A stretch of 63,258 bases of DNA, the filler included, from Stramenopiles sp. TOSAG23-3 (Eukaryota), in NCBI GenBank assembly GCA_900128585.1. It is 2 parts of 2 records of this genome, joined end to end, with 100 filler letters (N's around TTAATTAATTAA, not from the genome) between each part and the next. Parts side by side here need not be neighbours in the genome. Positions count along the whole stretch, not along the records: positions 31,793 to 63,258 come from LT642222.1; 1 more part is not named here. One strand, 5' to 3'. The first letter of the stretch is position 1. The number at the start of each line of letters is the position of its first letter. The position numbers and the translations under genes were made by a program. Below, one piece after another: positions 51,998-60,507 of the stretch. The notes beneath the pieces were generated by a model. The model made no database searches, was not told where the DNA came from, and saw only the letters and a list, made by a program, of their open reading frames with translations.

Positions 51998-54025
51998 ATG
52001 GCGAACTTTTTAAGTGCTGACGCGCCGGTTTTTGTTATGCCACCATCTTCCAACTCGAATAGTACTGCCTCAAACACTGGCCAAGCAGTTGGTGGTGGCA
52101 AGAAAGATGGGGTTTCTCAACGGAATGTGGGGCGTAATGAGCAACGCCGAAGGTCGAAACGACGGAACAACAACACCAGTAACAGGAAGAAAAGAGGCCA
52201 GGGGGGAGGAGGTCAAAGTGGGAAAAAAGGAGATGGGAACGGGAACAATCGGACAAAAAAGGCCCCACAAATTGACGCCAACTTCCTTGGTTTTCGGTAC
52301 GAGAGGGAGGAACAGTCGGACTACTTTCCAAGCTCATTCCGAACACACCGTGCAAACTCAAAACCAATGCCAAAGTTCAACCGGGAGACATTTTTGACAT
52401 CAAAATTCCGATTTGTAATGCACCCGTCGGCGCTTTCAGAGAGCATGGGAGTCTTGGACTTGGGGCGCTCGGTAGACTGGGACGCGGTAGAGGAAGTGAT
52501 CGTCGACGTGAAGGACGAGGAATCCGATTTGCAATGTCCGATCTGCTTATGCAGCCCTTTGGTGCCGGTGATGAGCAGCTGCGGGCATGCCTACTGCAAG
52601 ATGTGCGTTCTGCGGCACTTGGACAGCCGTGCGGACCGTGCGGACCATGTTCGGTGCCCCATTTGCTACACCAACGTGTTCGAACGGGACTTGAGAAGCG
52701 TGCGAAAGAGGGCAGTGGTTGACATCGGAAAGGAGAAGGCAAAGAAGGGGGGCGTGTCTATGTGCCTGATGTACCGTGAAAAGGACAAGGCGATCCCCCA
52801 ATTTGCGTACCATGAGACCATGGATCTGAAGCTCTCCGCTGTACATAACTTTCCCGACCCTCATTCCACCCAGCAAGGGACATTTTTCCAATTTTTGAAA
52901 GCCACGAAAGCTTGGGTTCGTGCCATAATTTCTCGTGAACTAAAAGAGCTGAAAGAGGTTGTCAGTGAGGCCCTGTCGGATTCGATCTATTTGGAAGCGC
53001 TCGGGCACGAGGAGGCGGCGCAGAAGGAGAAGGCCGACGTTAGCCGCCTAGCGAACGTGGCGAAACGGCACATGGCCGAGAAAGCATTGCAGTGGAACCT
53101 TGAGGACATGATGGACCAAATCTCCTATGTGGACGAGGAGGCCGCCATGGCGGCCGCGAAAGCGGCGAGCAAGAACCAGAGCGAGCTATTCAGCCAAGAC
53201 GATTTCCCGAGCCTTGGGGGCGAAAAACCGAAAGCTGCGGTCGCCCCGAACACGGGGGGGGCGGGGGGGCGGGGACAAGGGGAGCAGGTTGCGACGGGTG
53301 CAAGTGCGATGGATATTGGGTGGGCCGCCGACTGCCTTCCAGAGTTTGATGCAGCAATCGCGGGGAGTCGCAACGATGGGTATTACTTTTACCAGCTTCC
53401 GACCGGCCAAAAGGCATTTTTGCATTCGTTTTGCGTTCAACTGTTGAAGGAAGAGTTCAAGACGTACGACAAGTTTCCCGCCGTCTTGTCCGGACCCGTG
53501 CTTGACGTGGAAACGGTCAACCTAAGCCCGGACACGCTGAAATTTTTCAAGTATCTGCACCATTTGAATGGTCGGGCCGAGATTGACTTTGTGGAGCTGG
53601 ACGTTCACGCCTACCTTTCGGACGGGACGAGAAAAAAGTTCAAAAAAGAGATCCAAAAGCGCAAACGGCAGCGGTCAAAGAAGGCCTCGTCTCCCCAAGC
53701 CGCCCGGGCGATGAACACTAGCGCGTTGGAGCGAACGTTCAGTCACGATTGTCCTCGTTTGGCAGACCCCGTCGACGAGAAGGAGCGCATGGAGAGATTG
53801 GACATTCGGAACTACCCCCAGATCGGCACCCCACCGTCCATGAAGCCGTCTGGAGACCCACATGGTACGATGGGTGGCGTGGACATGGTCGAGAGTCGGC
53901 CGGAGCTGAGCTTTGCGCGGATCACCCAGAACATGGGTTTTTTTCCAACCCTTGGCGAGAGCGAAAACCTTCCAAAGCGAAAGACCACCCAAAAGAAGAA
54001 AACCACGGGGGTGTGGGGCAAGTGA
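51998..54025 (+). CDS. RNF10: RNF10/Mag2-type RING E3 ubiquitin ligase
   Basis: ANFLGFRY, FNRETFLTSKFRFV, VDWDAVEEV, C3HC4 RING CPICL...CGHAYCKMC...CPIC, YYFYQ...FLH, FKYLHHL; start at ATG 51998. Confidence 0.85.
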   Translation: MANFLSADAPVFVMPPSSNSNSTASNTGQAVGGGKKDGVSQRNVGRNEQRRRSKRRNNNTSNRKKRGQGGGGQSGKKGDGNGNNRTKKAPQIDANFLGFRYEREEQSDYFPSSFRTHRANSKPMPKFNRETFLTSKFRFVMHPSALSESMGVLDLGRSVDWDAVEEVIVDVKDEESDLQCPICLCSPLVPVMSSCGHAYCKMCVLRHLDSRADRADHVRCPICYTNVFERDLRSVRKRAVVDIGKEKAKKGGVSMCLMYREKDKAIPQFAYHETMDLKLSAVHNFPDPHSTQQGTFFQFLKATKAWVRAIISRELKELKEVVSEALSDSIYLEALGHEEAAQKEKADVSRLANVAKRHMAEKALQWNLEDMMDQISYVDEEAAMAAAKAASKNQSELFSQDDFPSLGGEKPKAAVAPNTGGAGGRGQGEQVATGASAMDIGWAADCLPEFDAAIAGSRNDGYYFYQLPTGQKAFLHSFCVQLLKEEFKTYDKFPAVLSGPVLDVETVNLSPDTLKFFKYLHHLNGRAEIDFVELDVHAYLSDGTRKKFKKEIQKRKRQRSKKASSPQAARAMNTSALERTFSHDCPRLADPVDEKERMERLDIRNYPQIGTPPSMKPSGDPHGTMGGVDMVESRPELSFARITQNMGFFPTLGESENLPKRKTTQKKKTTGVWGK

Positions 54026-54290
54026 GGCGTGGGGGAACGGGTGTACGTAAATTTAATTTTACGGTTTTATTCGAATTTAGGATTGATTTAATGAAAGAAA
54101 AAAAATTTCATATTAATCACCTATATACCAATATAGAAAGAAGAGATTTTACGAAGAAGTAGATTTTACTAATTAAAAAACCTAATTCAGTTTAGTTTTT
54201 TAGTTAAATAATTTGTTTTTTTTTTTAGTAATATTACCATAATTAGTGTTTTTGATTACCAGTGTCGCTGCCACACAAAACAATCAACGA

Positions 54291-54418
54291 ATAAATCTCT
54301 GTCAACGAAGCATTCACTTTCAACGCCTCTGCAACATATTTTGCCCCCTAAGCACCAATCTTGTTAGCACACAAATTAATCTCTGGGTCAACAAACTATT
54401 CGCTTTAAACGCCTCTAC
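54291..54418 (-). pseudogene. Degenerate fragment of an RI/NLRC3-like 28-residue leucine-rich repeat
   Basis: Minus strand reads VEAFKANSLLT, a frameshift, then EINLCANKIGA*GAKYVAEALKVNASLTEIY; internal 84-nt periodicity (54297 vs 54381). Confidence 0.8.
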
Positions 54419-54500
54419 AGGTTACTATTTTTATTTGCTAACGAGTTTTACTTTTTTAATGTTACACGGCCCTTAATTTACGACGTAAACACTTCAGTGT

Positions 54501-55889
54501 TTACTCTCTCTTCAATTGCCCTCCCCCGTTCCCTTGCGGCGCTGGCGGGTTCTTTAACGCCGTGTTGCTGGCCAAGGCTCTAGGGTAAAACTGGGCGAGG
54601 CGCTCCTGGCGGTGTTTTTCGTCTAAGGATGGCGACTTGCGCTGCATCTGGTTTCGCAAGAAAAAGTCTAAGTCCAAGTTCTCCAGGTACGATCCCATCG
54701 CGCCCAGGTGCCCTTCGTGCCACAAAAAATGGGCCTGGACCCGTTTCGGCTGGTCCTTCCCGTTCCACCGCTTCATGGCGTACGCGAGGGTTCTCAGCGC
54801 GATCGGGTTGTGCCGAAGGAAGCTTCCCGTGAAAATCACGCGGGGGCTCCCGTGGATGACCGCGTTCAAGAACGCAATCTGGGAAATGTTCTGGGTGATC
54901 ATGACGACGAGGGCCTTGCAGATGTCCTCCCGTTTCTGCTCCTTGGCGTTGTAGGTCCCCCCCTTGACCTTTCCAAAAAAGGAGGCGGTGAAGTCCCCCG
55001 GAAGGTTGAACTTTGGGATCCCGGTGCCGTAGATGTCCTTGACGAGCATGTTGACGTGGCGCTCGTCCCCGACCGCTGCGCTGTCCATGCAATCGCTGAA
55101 GGAGTCCAGCTCGGTCAAAAGCTGGGCGAGCCCGAAGAAGGTCGCCCCCCCGAGGGCGGTCCCACTGACGCGCTTCGCGTCCGTCTCGCTGTTGACCTGC
55201 ATGATGCTCACCCCAGACCCAATGTTGCAGAGCATGTACGGGTAGAGCGTCCCGTTCCCGAGGTCGATGGGGACCTTTTGGACCTGTTCCCCCGTGTGCT
55301 GAAGGTCGACCCCCTCCAAGGAGTAGATCTCTTCCGGGTTCTGGGACACGAGGAACTGAAGGGCCTTGACGATCGTCCCGAGCTCGTCCAGGGGTGTCAG
55401 TTTGATGCCTAGTACATCTTGAAAAATTTTGGAAAATTTGACGGCCCCGCCCCCCGTCGCGCAGATCTGCTTCATGGTCTGGTCAAACCCGTTCTGCTTG
55501 ATAATCTCGATGGCCCCGGACATGTGCGAGGTTTCGAACTGGATGAAATGAAAGTATCCCCCGAGTGCCGTGCTCTTGAACGACAGGTCGTTGCACCGCT
55601 GCCCGGTCTCCCCGTACTTGTCGTTCTTTCGTATGAACGACGTCAAGTTCTTCAGCCCCTGGTTGCTCGTCTGCTCGGGCTCGAAGATGACAAGCTTTGC
55701 CAGGGAGCCGCCGATATCTAACCCTAGCGCCGCCCCGACGTCCCCCAACGACCCGGAGTACGAGCGCACCCGTTTGATCGGTTTCAACGGAAACTCGTAC
55801 TCGTCCCCGTCTTGCTGCCCGATGGTCGTCGGCTTGGTAGCACCGTCCCCGCCCCGGGCGGACGGCAACGATGGGCCAGCGTCCGCCAT
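54501..55889 (-). CDS. PANK: Type II (eukaryotic, fumble) pantothenate kinase
   Basis: GLDIGGSLAKLV, HFIQFET, ATGGGAVKF, YPYMLCNIGSGVSI, RVSGTALGGATFFGL, LVKDIYG, ASFFGK, HEGHLGAMG. Confidence 0.95.
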   Translation of the reverse strand: MADAGPSLPSARGGDGATKPTTIGQQDGDEYEFPLKPIKRVRSYSGSLGDVGAALGLDIGGSLAKLVIFEPEQTSNQGLKNLTSFIRKNDKYGETGQRCNDLSFKSTALGGYFHFIQFETSHMSGAIEIIKQNGFDQTMKQICATGGGAVKFSKIFQDVLGIKLTPLDELGTIVKALQFLVSQNPEEIYSLEGVDLQHTGEQVQKVPIDLGNGTLYPYMLCNIGSGVSIMQVNSETDAKRVSGTALGGATFFGLAQLLTELDSFSDCMDSAAVGDERHVNMLVKDIYGTGIPKFNLPGDFTASFFGKVKGGTYNAKEQKREDICKALVVMITQNISQIAFLNAVIHGSPRVIFTGSFLRHNPIALRTLAYAMKRWNGKDQPKRVQAHFLWHEGHLGAMGSYLENLDLDFFLRNQMQRKSPSLDEKHRQERLAQFYPRALASNTALKNPPAPQGNGGGQLKRE

Positions 55890-56174
55890 TCCAAGACGTA
55901 CACGACCGACTCACAAGCCAGCCAAATGATTAAAATCTAACTCAATATCAATATAAACTATTTAAAATGCAACCAAAAGAAAGAGTTTTCCATTCCAAAC
56001 ACCCAACGACAAAATTTGTCGGCCTTGAGCGAATTAAATTCGGATTACAAGTTTTGCAATAATATATAATAATTAATAATTTTTTTTATTATTTATTAAT
56101 AATAAAAATTCAACAACACAACATCAACAAAAGAAAAAAAAGAAAAAAAAGTCTGAAATAATTATTAAAATAAA

Positions 56175-56460
56175 GAGAGAAGAAGAAAGGAGAAAGAAGA
56201 AGAAAGGAGAAAGAAGAAGAAGAATTAAAAGAAGAATTATTAAAAGAAGAAGAAGAAGAAGAAGAAGAAAGAAGAAGAAGAAGAAGAAGAAGAAGAAGAA
56301 GAAGAAGAAGAAGAAGAAGAGAAGAAGAAGAAGAAGAAGAAGAAGAAGAAGAAGAAGAAGAAGAAGCAGAAGAAGAAAGAAGAAGAAGAAGAAGAAGAAG
56401 AAAGAAGAAGAAGAAGAAGAACAAGGAAGAACAAGGAAGAACAAGGAAGAACAAGAAGAA
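56175..56460. repeat. (GAA)n-rich purine tract ending in a short (AAGAACAAGG)n array
   Basis: Directly visible. Confidence 0.95.
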
Positions 56461-57055
56461 TAAAAAAAGATCTAATAATCATAGTCGTCTAATAAAAGCT
56501 GAACTATCATTTAAACTGTACAGGCATATAGCATTAAGTATTAAATTTGTACAACTAATAAAACTCAAAAGGTCATTTATCAAAATGTAAATAAATTCGT
56601 ATTGTGGATTGTGGATCTTTTTTTTTCTTTTTTTTTTTTTTCAAGAGGAGAGAAAGAGAGAAGAAAGAGAGAAAGAAAGAGAGTTTATTATTAGACTATT
56701 ATATAAAATGTAATTAAATAATAGTCCGCTAATAAATAGCCGTTCTTCTTTCTTATTATTCTCTCTTCTCTTTCTTTCTTCTTCTTCTTTTTATTTTTTT
56801 TTTCCTAGAGACGACTTAGTCTTCTATAATATAATTAATAATAAAATAATATAAAGTTATTATTTCTTATGTATATTAATTAATAGGTAAATTAAAAAAA
56901 AGAAATGGAAGAAGTTGTTTGTGTCTACAATAACTCAAGTTTATTTGTTTTATTCCAATAGATTTTTGAAAATACTTGTATAAACTTTCATTTAATTGTT
57001 TCTTTTGTTTTGTTTGTTTTTACCATTGTCTAACTAACAGAAACGTCTCTCTGAT

Positions 57056-57811
57056 ATGGGCTGTGGACAAAGCTCGGAGGTGGCGGCGCCCCGTCCCAAT
57101 AGGGGTAGTGGGGTGGGCGCGGCTGGTCGTAACAATCGTATCAACCAGGTCCAGGCGGGTATGGGAGAGTCCCGCCCGCTTCGAAAGGCCAAGCCATGGG
57201 TTCCTAGCAAGCCGATCTCCCGGGAAGGCCTTGCATTGAAGCGGGAGGAGTTCTGGAGCACGCGGTGCACGGGCCACCAGCAGGTTTGGGACGCCATCAA
57301 AGTGGCCTCGGAGCTGCTCGTGAACAACGACGCGGACATGGCGAACACGATCCTCCAGGCCGCCCAGGTAACGTCCCCGAACGGTTCGTTGGCGGTGTGC
57401 TACGACGCCCTGGGGCAAAAGTACGAAGTCGACGTGTACTGCTATAGCGATCCTCGGTCATTCCAAGAGGGGCACCAGGAGAAGACCGACGGGGCCGCCG
57501 GTGCCGGCGAGGGGGTCGCCGGCGACCCAGGTAGAGAGATTACGATACGGATGAGGTTGTACGTGCGGGAGATAGAGCTAAGCGTCGGGACGCACGAGTT
57601 TGAGAGCGTCGGAAAGTTGAAAGAAATTTTGAGCAAGGCCACGGCGGATTGGGAAGCCCCCGAAGGGGGCACCATCCCAGAACAGTTCCCGGTCAGTCCG
57701 GAAAAGATGCGGTTCTTTGCGAACGGGTATGAAATGTTTGAACAGAACTCGATCAGCACGTACGGGGTCTCGGAGAATTCCGTCGTCCAAGTGATGGTCC
57801 AAGAGGGGTGA
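57056..57811 (+). CDS. UBTD: UBTD1/UBTD2 (DC-UbP) ubiquitin-domain protein
   Basis: MGCGQS acylation-type start; LKREEFWSTR..GHQQVWDAIK...ANTILQAA...NGSL..CYDALGQKY; C-terminal ubiquitin-like domain ending VVQVMV. Confidence 0.88.
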   Translation: MGCGQSSEVAAPRPNRGSGVGAAGRNNRINQVQAGMGESRPLRKAKPWVPSKPISREGLALKREEFWSTRCTGHQQVWDAIKVASELLVNNDADMANTILQAAQVTSPNGSLAVCYDALGQKYEVDVYCYSDPRSFQEGHQEKTDGAAGAGEGVAGDPGREITIRMRLYVREIELSVGTHEFESVGKLKEILSKATADWEAPEGGTIPEQFPVSPEKMRFFANGYEMFEQNSISTYGVSENSVVQVMVQEG

Positions 57812-58226
57812 CACGTGTGGGAGGCCGTGCGGTGACGAACATGTATACGATATAGATGCACATACAATATATAAAAAACCAAAATATATATAAAAAAACC
57901 AAAATATATATTAACGTGTGTAGATGTTTAATTACTTAAGATCTCATTATTTCTTATACTTGTAAAAAAAAAATTAGTTTTTTTAAATTTAAAATACTTT
58001 TCGTACGTACTCGTAATCTTATAAAATTTTAGAGGCCATTATTCGTGAGAGTTCTTTAAAACCCGTATGGCGGGTTAACTCTTTTAATGCTTTTTTAGAA
58101 ATCCGTCATCGTCACCGGACGCGTCTGTTTGTACAAAGAGAGAGACAAAACAAATTCAGCAGATAGACAGTATTGGGCGCGAAAGGTTATGCAATTGGAA
58201 CTGCCTCACCCCTGCCCATACTTCAA

Positions 58227-59237
58227 TCACCGCCGGGTAATGAACTGGGACAAATCGGAGTAGATCACGTCCGTGTTTGTGTTCGTGTTCCCTTTGAAGC
58301 CTTTCGCAGCGGTGTTGCCCGCGTACCGGAACGAACTCGTCCCCGAGCCTTTGCTAGTAATGTCCCTCCCGTCTAACCCACGGCCACGGCCTTCGTCATC
58401 GAAGCGGTGCTTGTGGGTTCCCGTGTACTGGGATGTATCTGTAAGGCGATCGAAAATACTTCCCTGGCTATCTCCGCTTTCGTTGCGGCTCCTCGCCGTC
58501 TTTGGGCGCTCGGCGGTGCGGCGCATCTCCGCGAGCTTCGCGTACCCGCCGGCCCCTCCCGCCGTCTGCGGCCGGGCCGGGGCCGGGGCCGGGGCGGCCC
58601 GCTGCTGCGGGGAATTCTGCGGCTGCATGACGTTCTGCAACATCTGCTGGCCCTGGGAGCTCAGGCGGCGCTGTCGGACTCGTTTTTTGCGGAGGAACTC
58701 GTAGTTCGTCTCCTTCTTTGGCTGGATTTTTCTGCCCCGAACGTCGTACGGGGAACGGTCCGCGAGCTTCTCGAGGGTGACGTGCGTGTGCCCATCCCCG
58801 GACCCAACGTTGGTGGGGCCGCCCTTCTTGTAGACCCCCGTGTACGTGTTCTTGTCGTCGTGGAACGGGACGTATTCTGCCTTCGACGTTCCGGTCATCG
58901 ATGGGCCTTGGACAGTGTTGACAACGTGGTGGATCAGCGTGCCCCATTCGGCCCCTTTCCGTATCGAGACCTCGTTCAGCGCCGCCAGGAACCCGTCGAA
59001 GGTGATCGTCCGTGACCCCCGGGCCTTCACCTTTGTGAAGATCAAGTCCGCGTCGGTCCGGGTGCAGTTCGACGTAATCAGTCTCGCGTCCCGCAAGAAC
59101 TTGACGAATGCCCGACCGTCCATCTGAAGCTGGGCGATCTTGACGCGGTGCCCTTTCCCAAAGGCACAGTACATTCGGTAGAGTTGACGAACCGTTTGGA
59201 TGGGGTCGGCCGGGGGGGCCGCTGCAAAAGTCGCCAT
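58227..59237 (-). CDS. TPPP/p25-alpha-like tubulin-binding protein (short-type domain plus C-terminal partial p25-alpha)
   Basis: MDGRAFVKFLRD, DADLIFTKVK, FHDDKNTYTGVYKKGGPT, LADRSPYDVRG; second module IFDRLTDTSQYTGTHKHRFDDEGRGRGLDGR. Confidence 0.9.
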   Translation of the reverse strand: MATFAAAPPADPIQTVRQLYRMYCAFGKGHRVKIAQLQMDGRAFVKFLRDARLITSNCTRTDADLIFTKVKARGSRTITFDGFLAALNEVSIRKGAEWGTLIHHVVNTVQGPSMTGTSKAEYVPFHDDKNTYTGVYKKGGPTNVGSGDGHTHVTLEKLADRSPYDVRGRKIQPKKETNYEFLRKKRVRQRRLSSQGQQMLQNVMQPQNSPQQRAAPAPAPARPQTAGGAGGYAKLAEMRRTAERPKTARSRNESGDSQGSIFDRLTDTSQYTGTHKHRFDDEGRGRGLDGRDITSKGSGTSSFRYAGNTAAKGFKGNTNTNTDVIYSDLSQFITRR

Positions 59238-60507
59238 TGTCGTCGAGGAAGTTGATGGGTGTATGTAATAGTGTGGATAGGATTCGAATTCGAATTGTAA
59301 ATTCAAATCAATCAAACAACAAATAGACAAACTAGATCGAATGATAGTGCATGCACAAATTCCCTTTCTTTCTTCTCTTTTTTGAGATATATATATACAT
59401 TTAGTACGAAATGCGCATTCTTCTTTTTGTTCAAAGGATGTTTTCCTCTTCTCTTTTTGTTATTTCTTTCTTCTCTATCTCTCTTTTTTTTTAATTTTTC
59501 TTCTTCTTCTTCAATTTGGTTGTATTAACATCATCATAGCAAAGAGCACAGATGTGGTTAAAATTATGCCAATATAATAATTTAATGTCATCATCATCAC
59601 ACAACTACTTCTTCGCTTGGTCAAAAGAAGAAGAAGAAGAAGATAGAAGAAGAAGAGAAAGAAGAGAAAGAAGAAAGAAGAAGAAAGAAGAAGAAAAAAA
59701 GAAAGAAGAAGAAGAAGAAGAAAAGTAATATTTATTATTTTAAAAAAAGTATTACCATACTATTACTATGTTATAATACTAGTAACAGTACTATTTTGAT
59801 AAAAAAATAATAGTATTATAAGGTACACAGTATTAAATAATAGAAATGTATAAGTTTGATTTTATTGTAAAAGAACGACGACTTCGTATTCTTTCTATCA
59901 TACTTGTATTCTCGAACTTTTATTAAACCTAACGAGGACTTAGAATAGAAGCGATTATATAGTCTAATAAGTAAAAAAACCTTTTCTTTTTTTTTCATAT
60001 CCACTTCGATTTAATGGTATTATTCACCTACCTGTACTAATTACTCCATACTCCTCCTCATTACCAGGTAGTACGGTACGGTGGTTTGATGACCAGAATC
60101 ATTTTACCGTCGGTACCTTATGGTATTTATTACCAGGTACAGGTAGTACGTAGGTAAATATAGTGTCTAAATACTATATTCGCTACGGGAGTACAGGAGG
60201 AATTTAATATAATAATAATACTACATTTTTTGTGTACACCTCCTCCTTCGTTCGTCGTATTTTTTATTAATAATTATATTATTAATAAATTATTATGCGA
60301 AGTATAAGTATTCATTCGTACTTTATGAGGTGTGGTCATTGAGTGGTGATTGTGTGTGAATAAGATGTACTTTTTTTCGTTTGCTGTTCAGTGAGTTTCG
60401 GTTCTATTTGCCTGTACTGCTTGGAGTTGGTTGTTTTTCTCTTTTGTTTTTGTGTTTCTCCCCCGTGTGTCCGTTTGTGTGTGTGTGTGTGTGTGTGTAT
60501 TTTTGGA

